The notes under the pieces: model-generated
Databases searched by the model: none
Told to the model about the DNA's origin: nothing
What the model saw: only the letters and a program-made list of their open reading frames with translations
Shown: positions 46,722 through 57,590 of the stretch, one piece after another
Layout of the letters: each line of letters starts with the position of its first letter
Position numbering within the stretch: the first letter of the stretch is position 1
Program-made: the position numbers and the translations under genes
Origin: a virus
Lineage: Duplodnaviria > Caudoviricetes
Length of the DNA: 64,000 bases
Reading direction: 5' to 3' (one strand)
IMG/VR virus record: IMGVR_UViG_3300028635_000004
Location: 26,328 to 90,327 of that record

Positions 46722-49700
46722 AAAACAGTTAATTCTGACAAGTTTAGGCAGCCCGCTATATTTTTTGAAAAGCATGGTGTATACACATTTGCACCACCTG
46801 GTACAAGCGAGTATATAAAGTATTGGACTGACGAAATGACCAAATGTCAGTATGGGTATACTGCACCCGATGGTGATTGGGTGTCAGGTTACTTCTACTT
46901 TTATTTAAACTATACTAGGATTATTGTTGTAAAGGACGTTACGGTAGACATTGGTAATGGTCGTAAGCGCAAGCGTCGTGAACGTGTTGAGTCATTCCCA
47001 TATTTTTGGGACTATGACCGCGCTTATTATGATGCTATAGAGCTTGCTGAAACTCATGGTAAACATTTGGCTGTTATTAAAGCTAGGGGTAAGGGCTATT
47101 CTTTTAAGGGCGCATCAATGCTAGTACGTAACTATTATATGTTTAGGGAGTCTGTATCATATGCTATTGCTGCAGAAAGTGAATTCTTAACAAAAGACGG
47201 CTTATTAACTAAGGCCTGGGATATGATGGACTTTATAGACAATAATACAGGTTGGTATAAGCGTAGGCAAGTTAAGAATAGTTCTATACATAAGCGTGCT
47301 TCATTTATAGAAAATATAAATGGTGTACCAGTTGAGCAAGGTTATAAATCTGAAATCATAGGTATATCATTAAAGAATGATCCGCAGAAAGCTAGGGGTA
47401 AACGTGGTAAACTTATATTGTTCGAGGAAGCGGGCAAGTTCCCAAATCTTAAAACAGCGTGGCAAATCGCTCGTCCTTCAGTGGAGCATGACGGCGAAGC
47501 ATTCGGGGTTATGATTGCTTTTGGTTGTGTGTGCGAAGGAACAAAAGTAATAATCAATGATGGGCTTCCTATTAATATAGAAGATATAAAACCCAATGAT
47601 GGTGTATTGGGTTATAATACATATTCTGTTGAAAAACAGGACATTGAGCATTTTAGGGAGCCTTATATTACTAGGTGTTTAAGGTTAACTACAAATACTG
47701 GTAGGAGTTTAGAAGCTAGCTACGATCACCCCATAGTGTACAGTCATAAAACTCTTACTAGGCGAGTTCCTGGGAGGCGATTTTACAATGAACATATGAA
47801 AACCTGGAAGTGGAAACAATTACAGGATTTTAAGGTAGGCGATCAAGTTGGTGTAATAGAAGAAGTTCCTATATTTGGGGAAAAAGAAATGTGGAATCCT
47901 AGGTTTATAGGTTGGTTGATAGGAGATGGTACTTATGGTTTTGATAAAACTCCCAGGTTAAGTAATTGCGAACCAGAAATAAATGAATATATAGACAAGC
48001 ATTTTCAGACAAAAATAGAAAAACATTATATTACAAAAGATAATAAACTTTATCGAGAGACTAGGGTTAAAGGAATTTGTTGGATATTAAGGGAGTTGGG
48101 TATATATGGTCAAGTAAAAAATAATAAGCGGCTCCCAGATTTGGCATTTTATTGTACAAAAGAAGATATTTGTGAATTATTGGGTGGTTTATATGATACA
48201 GATGGTTATATATCAAAACCCAATGGTAGTACAAATGCAAAAATCATATTAACATCTTCTTGTTTTGCTCTATTAGAACAAGTTTTATTTCTATTAAATA
48301 AGTTGGGTATTCATGGTTCAATTAGGACTATAAAACCAAGTAGGAAAAATAAAAAAGATAAAAACGATTACTATAGACTGGAAGTAGGGGATATAAAAAG
48401 TATGTTAATTTTTGCAGAAAACATAACTCTTCTCCCTAAGCATAAAAAAGAAAGATTAGAGGAATATAAAAGAATTTTATCTGATAGAAAACCATTATTA
48501 TCTTCTTATATACATGGTATAAGATTTGAAAGAGTTGTAAAAGTAGAGGAGATTGGGGATAAAAAGGTTTATAATTTAGTAGCTTCTGGCACGCATACTT
48601 ATATCGCAAATGGAATTATAACACATAATACGGGGGGTACTGAAGAAGCCGATTATACAGGCTTAAAAGACCTATTTTATGAGCCCGAAGCATATAACTG
48701 TTTACCATTAAGGAACATATGGGACGAAGGCGAACAAGACACAGCATGTGGTTTCTTTGTACCACAATCATCTAATATAGAGAAGTTTATGGACTCTGAT
48801 GGTAATACTGATTATGACCAAGCTACTCATTTTATATTAGCAGAGCGTGAAAAGGTTGTCGCTCATGCATCAGACCGTGCTGCCATAGACCGTCATATAT
48901 GTGAGCAACCATTAACTCCTGCAGAGGCTACACTTAATATTAGTACTAATATGTTTCCTAAGAAGGACCTTATTAGGCATTTAGCTACTATTAGGAACTC
49001 TGAATCTATAAGGGGTTTAAAACAAGTTGGTTCGTTATATTTTGACTCAAATGGTAAAGTTAAATTTGAACAGAATCCAAAATTAAAAGACTTAACAAGG
49101 TATAGGCTACAAGCTAATGAAAGTAAGGCAGGCGCAGTTGTTATATGGGAGCATCCTATAGAGGATCCACCATGGGGTTTATATATAGGGGGGTGCGATC
49201 CATATGATCACGACACTTCTAGTACAGACTCACTCGGTTCTGTTTTTATATATAAACGTGTACAAACATTTGAATCTTGGTATGATGTACCTGTTGCAGA
49301 ATATACAGGTCGCCCTGACAGGGCAGAAACATTCTATGAAACGGTTAGGATGTTAGCTATGTATTACGGTGCAACATTGTTATATGAAAATGAGAAAAAG
49401 GGTTTGTTTACATATTTTACAAATAAACATTGTGAATATCTTTTAGCAGACCAGCCTTCAAAATTAAAAGACGTCATCAAAGATTTAACTGTTGTAAGGG
49501 GTAAGGGTACTCACATGAACAAACCAATTAAACAATGGATGGAGACACTCATTAGGGATTGGTTGTTAGACGAATATGAACCTGGTAGGAAGAACCTTAC
49601 AAAATTATTATCCGAACCATTATTAGAAGAATTAATAGCATATGATCCTGTAAAAGGTAACTTTGACAGAGTTATATCATTTGGGTTGGCTTTAATATAT

Positions 49701-49820
49701 AATGTGGAGTTGGACCATGTTAAAATTAAAAAGGTGTCTGAGGAAGAAAAGATTGACTTATACCTTTTTAAAAAACCATTATTTTTAAATAAAATTCCTA
49801 ATTATCATGTCGCAAACTAG
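46701..49820 (+). CDS. terL: Terminase large subunit containing an intein
   Basis: KARGKGYS Walker A; LILFEEAG Walker B; GCDPYD and DRVISF nuclease motifs. Confidence 0.93.
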   Translation: MFELPLKKTVNSDKFRQPAIFFEKHGVYTFAPPGTSEYIKYWTDEMTKCQYGYTAPDGDWVSGYFYFYLNYTRIIVVKDVTVDIGNGRKRKRRERVESFPYFWDYDRAYYDAIELAETHGKHLAVIKARGKGYSFKGASMLVRNYYMFRESVSYAIAAESEFLTKDGLLTKAWDMMDFIDNNTGWYKRRQVKNSSIHKRASFIENINGVPVEQGYKSEIIGISLKNDPQKARGKRGKLILFEEAGKFPNLKTAWQIARPSVEHDGEAFGVMIAFGCVCEGTKVIINDGLPINIEDIKPNDGVLGYNTYSVEKQDIEHFREPYITRCLRLTTNTGRSLEASYDHPIVYSHKTLTRRVPGRRFYNEHMKTWKWKQLQDFKVGDQVGVIEEVPIFGEKEMWNPRFIGWLIGDGTYGFDKTPRLSNCEPEINEYIDKHFQTKIEKHYITKDNKLYRETRVKGICWILRELGIYGQVKNNKRLPDLAFYCTKEDICELLGGLYDTDGYISKPNGSTNAKIILTSSCFALLEQVLFLLNKLGIHGSIRTIKPSRKNKKDKNDYYRLEVGDIKSMLIFAENITLLPKHKKERLEEYKRILSDRKPLLSSYIHGIRFERVVKVEEIGDKKVYNLVASGTHTYIANGIITHNTGGTEEADYTGLKDLFYEPEAYNCLPLRNIWDEGEQDTACGFFVPQSSNIEKFMDSDGNTDYDQATHFILAEREKVVAHASDRAAIDRHICEQPLTPAEATLNISTNMFPKKDLIRHLATIRNSESIRGLKQVGSLYFDSNGKVKFEQNPKLKDLTRYRLQANESKAGAVVIWEHPIEDPPWGLYIGGCDPYDHDTSSTDSLGSVFIYKRVQTFESWYDVPVAEYTGRPDRAETFYETVRMLAMYYGATLLYENEKKGLFTYFTNKHCEYLLADQPSKLKDVIKDLTVVRGKGTHMNKPIKQWMETLIRDWLLDEYEPGRKNLTKLLSEPLLEELIAYDPVKGNFDRVISFGLALIYNVELDHVKIKKVSEEEKIDLYLFKKPLFLNKIPNYHVAN
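47526..48629 (+). mobile_element. Intein (368 aa) with LAGLIDADG homing endonuclease
   Basis: AFG|CVCEGT...GIITHN|TGG; FIGWLIGDG and LLGGLYDTDG motifs; removal restores AFGTGG. Confidence 0.93.
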
Positions 49821-52182
49821 TGCAAAAGGTTTACCAAACCAAAAGATACCATTCTCTCAAAAGAATGAATCCTGGAAGCAGGATACTATAGATTATTATA
49901 TTGGGCGAGTTGGTGTTGGTGGTGAAGATAGTATGCATAATAGGTATAAACGAATGGACATTTCGTATGGCCTATATGATTCTGAGTTTGATAGGAACGA
50001 CTTTAAATATGTCACAGATCCGTATGATGTAGGCGATACATTTCCTGCAAATATACAGGACTATAATATTATTAGGCCAAAGATAGACTTGCTTGTGGGC
50101 GAAGAGTCAAAACGACCTGATGACTTTCATGTTGTACAAACTAATTATGATGTTATTTCTACTGTACAAGAGGAGTATAAAGCCAGGTTAATGCAGGTAT
50201 TAAATGCTATGATACGTGGCGAAGAGTTTCCTATTACACTACAAGATGTTCAAAAATATATGAAATATAATTATAAGACTACTGCTGAAGAGGCTGCTTA
50301 TAATTTACTTAAATATTTAAAAGAGCGTCTAAATACAAAAAATGAATTTATAAAAGGTTGGTATGACGCTTTATGTGCAAGGATGGAGATTTATTATACA
50401 GGTACTATAAATGGTGAACCTGTAGTTGAAAGAGTTGATCCAAGGGACTGTGATTTTGATATAGACGCTACTACAGATTTTATAGACCAAAAGAACTGGT
50501 TTCGTAGGTCTTTCTATATGTCCCCATATGCTTTATATGATAGGTTACGGGACTTATTAGACGAAAAAGACCTTGACGATTTATTAGCTGAAATTAGCCA
50601 AGGTGGTTCTGCTAGCTCTTCAAGTAGGTTGGGCAGTGTTGGTGAAGCTGGTATTCGTTGGTCTGAGAACTTAGCTAATAGGTTTATGGGTCCTGGTAAT
50701 AAACCAGCTGCTAACGAAGAGTTATATTGTCATCATGTTACCTGGCGTTCCTACACAAAGATTGGCTTTTTAGACATTGACCTTGAAGATGGTACTACAG
50801 AGACAGTAGTTGTAGACGAAACATATATGGCTATGCCAGACGATAAAATCGAATGGGTGTGGGTAGACGAAATATGGGAAGGCTACAAGATTGGTGAGAA
50901 TATGTATAAAGCCAGGCCTATACCATATCAACATAGGTCGCTTGAAACCATGTATGATTCAAGGTTACCTTATACAGGGGTTGTGTACAATGCTACAAAT
51001 GCATATGGTAAATCACTTGTAGAAGTGATGAAGCCTCTACAATATATGTATATGGTAATATGGTATAGGATTGAGTTGGCTATTGCTAAAGATAAAGGTG
51101 CTATACTTAATATGGACATCACACAAATACCTAAAAAGTATGGCATTGATATAGACAAATGGCTACACTATCTTAGTGCATTAGGTGTTAATTTTATTAA
51201 CCCATACGAAGAAGGTTGGGATGTTCCAGGTAGGGAAGGTGGTAGGATGGCTCCTTTCAACCAGATCTCAGCCCAAAATTTATCTACTATACAAACCATA
51301 GAGAGTTACATTCAATTGTTAGAAAAAATTGAAGTAATGATTGGTGAGGTCGTAGGTATTACAAAACAACGTGAAGGTTCTATTCATAATAGGGAGTTAG
51401 TTGGTAATGTTGAACGTGCTGTCCAACAATCATCTCATATAACAGAACCTTTATTTCATTTACATAATCAAGCGAAACGCAGGGTGTATAATATGTTAAT
51501 TAATGTTGCACAGCATCAGTTTAGTAATACTGACAAAGAGAAAATACAATTTGTTTTATCAGACGGTGCTCGCACATTTATTGACATATCAGACGATTTT
51601 ATATATGCAGACCTCGATATATTTGTTACAGATTCGACAAAGGATTCCATGAATATCGATGCATTGAAGACTCTCCTACAACCTGCAATGCAAAATGGTG
51701 CTACAATACTTGATGCTGCAGAAATACTTACTGCTGATAATATGAGTATGATCAAAATGAAGTTACAGGATATTGAAGAGCGCAGGATGCAAATGATTCA
51801 AGCACAACAGGAGCAAGAGGCTATGATGGCTGAACAAGAGCTTGCAATAGCACAGCAGAAACAAGATGACGATTATAATCTTAGACTTGAAGACCTTAGG
51901 GTTAAGGAAGAAGATAGTATTCGTAAGGCTGAGACTGCTCTACAAGTTGCTGCTATGAAAGCTGAAGAAACTATAGAACCTGAAGATAATTCGTTTCAGG
52001 AGTCTTTAGAACGTCAGCGTTTAAAATTAGAAGAAGAAAAAGTTCGTAGAGATGCTATGCTTAAAGAGCGTGCTCAACGTGAAACTGAGCGTAAAAACAA
52101 GGTAGCTGAACAACAGAAAGAGAAGGAGCTTAGTATTCGTAAAATACAAGCTCGTAAAAAACCAACAAGTAATAAAAAATAA
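49807..52182 (+). CDS. Portal protein
   Basis: crAss-type portal features (LPNQKIPFSQKNESW, YNIIRPKIDLLVGEE); synteny after terL. Confidence 0.85.
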   Translation: MSQTSAKGLPNQKIPFSQKNESWKQDTIDYYIGRVGVGGEDSMHNRYKRMDISYGLYDSEFDRNDFKYVTDPYDVGDTFPANIQDYNIIRPKIDLLVGEESKRPDDFHVVQTNYDVISTVQEEYKARLMQVLNAMIRGEEFPITLQDVQKYMKYNYKTTAEEAAYNLLKYLKERLNTKNEFIKGWYDALCARMEIYYTGTINGEPVVERVDPRDCDFDIDATTDFIDQKNWFRRSFYMSPYALYDRLRDLLDEKDLDDLLAEISQGGSASSSSRLGSVGEAGIRWSENLANRFMGPGNKPAANEELYCHHVTWRSYTKIGFLDIDLEDGTTETVVVDETYMAMPDDKIEWVWVDEIWEGYKIGENMYKARPIPYQHRSLETMYDSRLPYTGVVYNATNAYGKSLVEVMKPLQYMYMVIWYRIELAIAKDKGAILNMDITQIPKKYGIDIDKWLHYLSALGVNFINPYEEGWDVPGREGGRMAPFNQISAQNLSTIQTIESYIQLLEKIEVMIGEVVGITKQREGSIHNRELVGNVERAVQQSSHITEPLFHLHNQAKRRVYNMLINVAQHQFSNTDKEKIQFVLSDGARTFIDISDDFIYADLDIFVTDSTKDSMNIDALKTLLQPAMQNGATILDAAEILTADNMSMIKMKLQDIEERRMQMIQAQQEQEAMMAEQELAIAQQKQDDDYNLRLEDLRVKEEDSIRKAETALQVAAMKAEETIEPEDNSFQESLERQRLKLEEEKVRRDAMLKERAQRETERKNKVAEQQKEKELSIRKIQARKKPTSNKK

Positions 52183-52187
52183 TTATT

Positions 52188-53306
52188 ATGGCTGAAGATA
52201 AGGTAGATAAGAAAGACTTATTTCAAGGATTTGATGCGCTCTCGTCATTGATATATCGTGACGATGGTAGCGGTGAACCCATTGCTAAACCAAGGGACGA
52301 TGATGATACTCCAGAACCTGATTTTACAGGTGACAATGACGATGATGAAAGTGATATACAGGAGCCCGATAGTGACAGCGATGATGGCGATGATGATTCA
52401 AAATCTGGTAAAACCGGCGATGATGACGATGACCTCGATGATGATGGTGAGGATTTGAGTCAGTATGAAGGAGACGTTAGTGCTTATTTTGCATCAGACT
52501 TAGCGGACAAATTAGGCATAGAGATACCAGAGGATATGGAGATCAAAACATTAGATGGTGTTGTTGATTTACTTATACAGGTAGTAAGGGAGAATTCTAT
52601 TCCTACTTTTGCAAATGAAGAGTTAGAAAAATTAAATAAGTACGTCACTGAAGGCGGTGATCTTAAAACATACTTCTCAGAGATCTATAGTAATACTTTA
52701 GATTTAGACAATATTGACATTGCTGTTGATAGGGATCAGAAGGCTGTTCTTAGGGAACATATGCTTAATCAGGGTTATAAAGAAGAGAAGATTACACGTG
52801 CTATAGAGCGTTATGAAGACGCTGGTGTTCTTCAAGATGAAGCCGAAGAAGCCCTAGAATTGGTAAAAGAATTCAGGGAAAAAAAGGCAAAAAAGCTATT
52901 AGCGGAACAAGAAAAATTAGCCCTTGATGAAGAAAAAGCGAAACATGATTTCGTGGAAACTGTATATAATACAGTAGGGCAGTTGAAAGACGTTCGTGGT
53001 ATTCCTTTAACGGAGTCAGACAGACGTGAACTTTTGGACTATATGTTTAAAACAGATAGGACTGGTTTGACTGCAATGCAAAAAGATTATCAAGATCCTA
53101 AAAAAAGAATTGGTAATTTAATTGAGACAGCATATTTTATGAAGTATGCTGATAAGATAATTTCAGAAAATAAAAAGCAAGGCGAAAAAAAGGCAATAGA
53201 AGATATTCGCAAAAAGTTTAAAGCAGGTAAAAACAAGCGTAGTGCTGGGGGCAATACGAGTTTTGATGGAACTTCAGAACCTCTTCTTAAGCTCTCCTTG
53301 CGATAG
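52188..53306 (+). CDS. Acidic scaffold-like protein (between portal and MCP)
   Basis: D-rich N-terminus and helical C-terminus; crAss synteny. Confidence 0.65.
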   Translation: MAEDKVDKKDLFQGFDALSSLIYRDDGSGEPIAKPRDDDDTPEPDFTGDNDDDESDIQEPDSDSDDGDDDSKSGKTGDDDDDLDDDGEDLSQYEGDVSAYFASDLADKLGIEIPEDMEIKTLDGVVDLLIQVVRENSIPTFANEELEKLNKYVTEGGDLKTYFSEIYSNTLDLDNIDIAVDRDQKAVLREHMLNQGYKEEKITRAIERYEDAGVLQDEAEEALELVKEFREKKAKKLLAEQEKLALDEEKAKHDFVETVYNTVGQLKDVRGIPLTESDRRELLDYMFKTDRTGLTAMQKDYQDPKKRIGNLIETAYFMKYADKIISENKKQGEKKAIEDIRKKFKAGKNKRSAGGNTSFDGTSEPLLKLSLR

Positions 53307-53332
53307 AGTTAATAACTAAATTTTAATAAACA

Positions 53333-54808
53333 ATGATTGACAACCTTCTTAATAATTTGCAGATCTACAAAACCAAGTGGACTTCAGATTTAAATGATGA
53401 GGCTGAATTGTCAAGGTTGCTGTTAACTGCTCCTCATAAGATGCCGGGTATTATATCTACAATATTCGGTCGTTTCGATCAGGGTAGTGTTCTCGACTAT
53501 ATTACTGGCGGCATGGGCCGTACTACAGTGATAGAGAATTCTATCTTTGAATGGGACGTTATGATTGAGTATGATAAGGCGATTGTTATTAAGCGTGCTG
53601 TATACAATGGTACAGAAATCACAGCTAACACTCTGGGTGTATATCCTGGTCTTGCAGGTTCTACTTTCCAGATTTGGGTTGCTGAAAAATGGTTTGGTCC
53701 AGGTGCTATAGTACAGTTTGACGACAATAAATTCCAAGCTCGTGTTATTGGTGAGCCTTATATGGACGGTAACGACTATGTTTACACACTTACATGTGTA
53801 GACGGCAAAGATGATTCTTTCATTATGCCTTCTCTTTTACTTCCTGGTTCGAAGGTTAGCCGCTTGGCATCTGCTTATGAAGAGTGGAGCGACGAGGCTG
53901 ACATCTTCAATGCTCAGACTCCGTTTAAACTCCGCAACCAGCTCACGACTACTCGTGCTTCATACGATATTAGCGGCGATGCTTTCTCCACTGTTATGGT
54001 AATCTCCATGAGGGATCCCAAAACAAAGAAAGAGACAAAGTATTGGTCTGTGTATCAAGAGTGGACTGCATGGCGTCAGTGGTATGAGCGTATTGATAGA
54101 CTTATGGTCTATATGAAATACAATGCTAACCCTGATGGTACTGTTAATATTAAGGGTACTAATGGCCGTCCGGTTCGTATTGGTGCTGGTCTGTTTGAGC
54201 AAATTGCTCCATCCAACAGGCGAGCATACACTACTCTTACATTAGAACTCCTTGATAGTTTCTTATCAGATCTTTCCTACAATATTAAAGGTTTTGGTGA
54301 GCGCAATTTTATTGGTCTGTCAGGTGAAATGGGTCTCCGTGAATTTGACCGTGTACTGCGTGAAAAGGCTTCCGGTTATACATTAGTCGATAGCAAGTTC
54401 ATTAGCGGTTCAGGTCAAGAGCTGACTCTTGGTGGGCAGTTTACTACCTATAAGGGACTTAATGGTATTACAATTACCCTTAAGCATCTGCCTATCCTCG
54501 ACGATGTTGTTCACAACCGTAAATATCACCCGATAAGTGGTAAGCCTCTTGAGTCATACCGCATCCTTATTATAGATGCTAGTATGCGCGATGGTGAATC
54601 CAACTTACGTAAGATAGTCCGTAAAGATCGTGAACTCGTTGTATGGCATACCGCTGGTTCAGTTGCTCCTGGCTCAGGACACGCTAAATCAATCAGCACG
54701 CTTCGTTCTAACGCTAAGGACGGGTACTCAGTACACTTCCTTTCAGAGTTTGGTGTAATGCTTGCTGATCCTACAACTTCTGGTGAACTGTATTGCGACG
54801 CTGAATAA
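53333..54808 (+). CDS. Major capsid protein (crAss-type)
   Basis: 491 aa; position after portal/scaffold; biased codon usage consistent with high expression; followed by a hairpin. Confidence 0.85.
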   Translation: MIDNLLNNLQIYKTKWTSDLNDEAELSRLLLTAPHKMPGIISTIFGRFDQGSVLDYITGGMGRTTVIENSIFEWDVMIEYDKAIVIKRAVYNGTEITANTLGVYPGLAGSTFQIWVAEKWFGPGAIVQFDDNKFQARVIGEPYMDGNDYVYTLTCVDGKDDSFIMPSLLLPGSKVSRLASAYEEWSDEADIFNAQTPFKLRNQLTTTRASYDISGDAFSTVMVISMRDPKTKKETKYWSVYQEWTAWRQWYERIDRLMVYMKYNANPDGTVNIKGTNGRPVRIGAGLFEQIAPSNRRAYTTLTLELLDSFLSDLSYNIKGFGERNFIGLSGEMGLREFDRVLREKASGYTLVDSKFISGSGQELTLGGQFTTYKGLNGITITLKHLPILDDVVHNRKYHPISGKPLESYRILIIDASMRDGESNLRKIVRKDRELVVWHTAGSVAPGSGHAKSISTLRSNAKDGYSVHFLSEFGVMLADPTTSGELYCDAE

Positions 54809-54818
54809 TACTGAATGT

Positions 54819-54851
54819 AATGTGGGGTGATAATTAATCACCCCTAACATT
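54819..54851 (+). terminator. Hairpin/terminator after MCP
   Basis: GGGGTGA-TAATTAA-TCACCCC with flanking AATGT/ACATT. Confidence 0.55.
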
Positions 54852-54882
54852 CTTCTTATGTTTAATTTAAATATCTATAACT

Positions 54883-55746
54883 ATGCAAGTTATATTGCGC
54901 CCTATAGGCTGGAATAAATGGTCAGGTATACTCAGGTATAAAAATTGCTTTGACGACCTAGGACCATATTTAACTAGGTCTGGTTCTATGTACACCGGAC
55001 TTACTTTAGAAGACGAAGAGCGTCTTGGTGCTCAGTTGGGGATAGACTTATCCCGTTCTTCTACAAATCCATTTTGGATTAATTTTAGGATTCGTACATC
55101 TGTCAATGATATAATACTTGATACTTCAGACCCCTTTGATGAATTAAAATATTTATTTTGTAAGGGTCACAAGCGTGTTAAAAACTCGTTATTAGAGCAA
55201 AAAGCAACTGCTGACTTTGTATTAATAAATAGGGACGAAGAGGCTAAGGTCGAGAATGTATTCAATAGGACTAAACGAGACGCTATTATGGAATTTAGCA
55301 AACTTACTCCTACAGAAATACGCAAGTGTTTACGGTTGTTTGGTTATAATGCAGAAAGCATGTCGTCTGAAGTCGCTGAGAATAAACTTTATACATTTGT
55401 AGAAGCTAATCCTAAGAAATTTTTAGACAGGTGGGTTAATAATAAATCTCGTGAGATAGAAACTTTAATTGAAGTTGCTGTAGCTAAAAACATAATTCGT
55501 AAGAATAAAAATATTTATACTTATGGTTCTGATGTTATAGGTAGCAGCTTGGACGATACTATAGCTTTCTTAAATTCTCCAAACAATCAAGATATTCGTT
55601 TGGCAATCATGAATGCTTGTGATACAAAAGACTATTATGTTGTTGGGGAAGCTTCAGAGGAAGATATAGCAGAGTCACTTCAACAGGCAGAGGCTCCGAA
55701 ACCAAAAACCAAGGCAAAACCAAAAAAAGAAGAAGTAGATGAATAA
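54883..55746 (+). CDS. Conserved crAss-like structural-block protein
   Basis: Synteny after MCP. Confidence 0.6.
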   Translation: MQVILRPIGWNKWSGILRYKNCFDDLGPYLTRSGSMYTGLTLEDEERLGAQLGIDLSRSSTNPFWINFRIRTSVNDIILDTSDPFDELKYLFCKGHKRVKNSLLEQKATADFVLINRDEEAKVENVFNRTKRDAIMEFSKLTPTEIRKCLRLFGYNAESMSSEVAENKLYTFVEANPKKFLDRWVNNKSREIETLIEVAVAKNIIRKNKNIYTYGSDVIGSSLDDTIAFLNSPNNQDIRLAIMNACDTKDYYVVGEASEEDIAESLQQAEAPKPKTKAKPKKEEVDE

Positions 55747-56461
55747 ATCAGAAATGCATATAGCATTTAAGATTGAACTAGACAAGGTTGAATCACTACA
55801 ATATCCTGCTTTTATACCAGCTGAGATTGATTATTTCTTTGATAGAGCTCAAGAACAATTTGTTAAAAGTAGGTATGGTGGTAACAACCCTGCTGGTACT
55901 TCTTTTGAACAAAATCAAAAGAGACTGGATGATTTAAGGTATTTAGTAGTTGAAGGTACATTACCAGCAACAAGCGATGATGTCCTTAATGTATCTGAGA
56001 AACCCAATTGTTATATAGTTGATTTAACAGATCTTGATACAGATGATCCATATATGTTTTTAGTAGGTGAAGAATGTACTATAACTTATATAGATCGTTT
56101 AACACATCAATCTGTTAATAAAATACAACCAATAACAGAATGTTCAGCAAATACATATATTGCTCAAGTACACGATCCCCTGTCTCCACATAGGTTGCAT
56201 TATAATACTGCTAGCCCATTAAGGCTAATTAAGTCTAATTATGTTGAATTAATAACAGACGGCACATATAGTATATTTAATTATATAATTAGGTATATTA
56301 AGGAGCCTGAGTCATTTACAACATTAGCGGCTACAGATTCACCTGATTTTCCAAATCATGTGCATCCTGAATTAGTTAAGCTCGCAGTAAATATTGCACT
56401 TGAGAATATTGAATCTCCACGTATTCAGTCATACCCGACTAAGGTGGCTGAAATGGAGTAA
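55739..56461 (+). CDS. Putative head-tail adaptor/ring protein
   Basis: MH..F...LDK..EIDYF..AQ..FV..HPELV..AV pattern; synteny. Confidence 0.6.
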   Translation: MNKSEMHIAFKIELDKVESLQYPAFIPAEIDYFFDRAQEQFVKSRYGGNNPAGTSFEQNQKRLDDLRYLVVEGTLPATSDDVLNVSEKPNCYIVDLTDLDTDDPYMFLVGEECTITYIDRLTHQSVNKIQPITECSANTYIAQVHDPLSPHRLHYNTASPLRLIKSNYVELITDGTYSIFNYIIRYIKEPESFTTLAATDSPDFPNHVHPELVKLAVNIALENIESPRIQSYPTKVAEME

Positions 56462-56485
56462 TATTAATTTAATAAATAATAAATA

Positions 56486-57538
56486 ATGATTACAAAACCC
56501 TTTAAGCTGTTTATAGCAAAATCTGTTGCTCAGAACGCTAATATTACTGGTGGTGAGACTTTAACATCTCTTATGACTACTGGTGGTACTGACGCTCTTG
56601 GTGATGGGGAACTTACTGTTCTTAATAAGAACTTTAATGTTTTAACAGCTAACGATACTGTGGCTGATAGCGATACTATCTATATTGGTATTGGTACTAC
56701 TAAGACCTATCCACTTGTTCCGGAAAGCGGTTCTGCTATTACGGCTCGTAAGATTAGGCTTTCAGATCCTATTATAGGCAACTATGTTACGAAATATAGT
56801 GGTAGGGCTTATGCTGCAATGGCTCAGCAAGTTAGCAATTCTGTTTTAACTGCTCCGACTGCAGGTAGGGAATACATTGTACGTTGTGTCTATAAGGATC
56901 TCGAAGAACATCCAGGTATGTTTAAGCAGGAGTGGCGTTATACTGCTACTGCAGCCGATGCTGCCGCTGTGGATACCTTTGGCGCTAATCTTGTAGCAGC
57001 TGTTAATAATAATGGTGATCGTCGTGTTACTGCTAGCTATGCTACTGCTAGTGATACCTTTACTCTTACGGGTAGGGCTATTCCTGGTTGTACTACTAGT
57101 TTAAACGATATCGATGAAGTGAGAGTTGTTTCATTTGATGCATATATCAACTACATTGATACAGATGGTTATGAGCAGAAAGCTTATACAGTTACTGTGG
57201 GCACTCGTGCAACTACAGGATCTGGTACATGGCAACTTATGAGGGATCTTGAAAAGGAATCTTGGGGTTATGAAGGTGTATATAATAGGCGTGAATTCCC
57301 TGTTATTCTTCCCGAATTTTCCACCAACCCGTCTCTTACTTATCATATTATAACTATTGAGCACGAAGTTCCTTATAAGACTCCAAATAACTTATACTTA
57401 GAAACTACACAGGTAAAAACCATTATTGCTATTCCTGATGGTACTAATGGCGATGGTCAGCAGACATATATTAGGGGTCTGTTGAATCCCTGGATGGCTT
57501 CAACGCCAAAAGCTTTTGCTAATATAAGTTCTCTTTAA
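56486..57538 (+). CDS. Putative auxiliary capsid/stabilisation protein
   Basis: T/A/G-rich structural composition; biased codon usage; followed by a terminator. Confidence 0.55.
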   Translation: MITKPFKLFIAKSVAQNANITGGETLTSLMTTGGTDALGDGELTVLNKNFNVLTANDTVADSDTIYIGIGTTKTYPLVPESGSAITARKIRLSDPIIGNYVTKYSGRAYAAMAQQVSNSVLTAPTAGREYIVRCVYKDLEEHPGMFKQEWRYTATAADAAAVDTFGANLVAAVNNNGDRRVTASYATASDTFTLTGRAIPGCTTSLNDIDEVRVVSFDAYINYIDTDGYEQKAYTVTVGTRATTGSGTWQLMRDLEKESWGYEGVYNRREFPVILPEFSTNPSLTYHIITIEHEVPYKTPNNLYLETTQVKTIIAIPDGTNGDGQQTYIRGLLNPWMASTPKAFANISSL

Positions 57539-57549
57539 TTAGTATAACA

Positions 57550-57583
57550 TGGGGGTCAGACCAACCCTGGCCCCCTATTTTTC
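57550..57583 (+). terminator. Intrinsic terminator
   Basis: GGGGGTCAG-ACCAACC-CTGGCCCCC followed by TATTTTTC. Confidence 0.75.
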
Positions 57584-57590
57584 TTAATAT

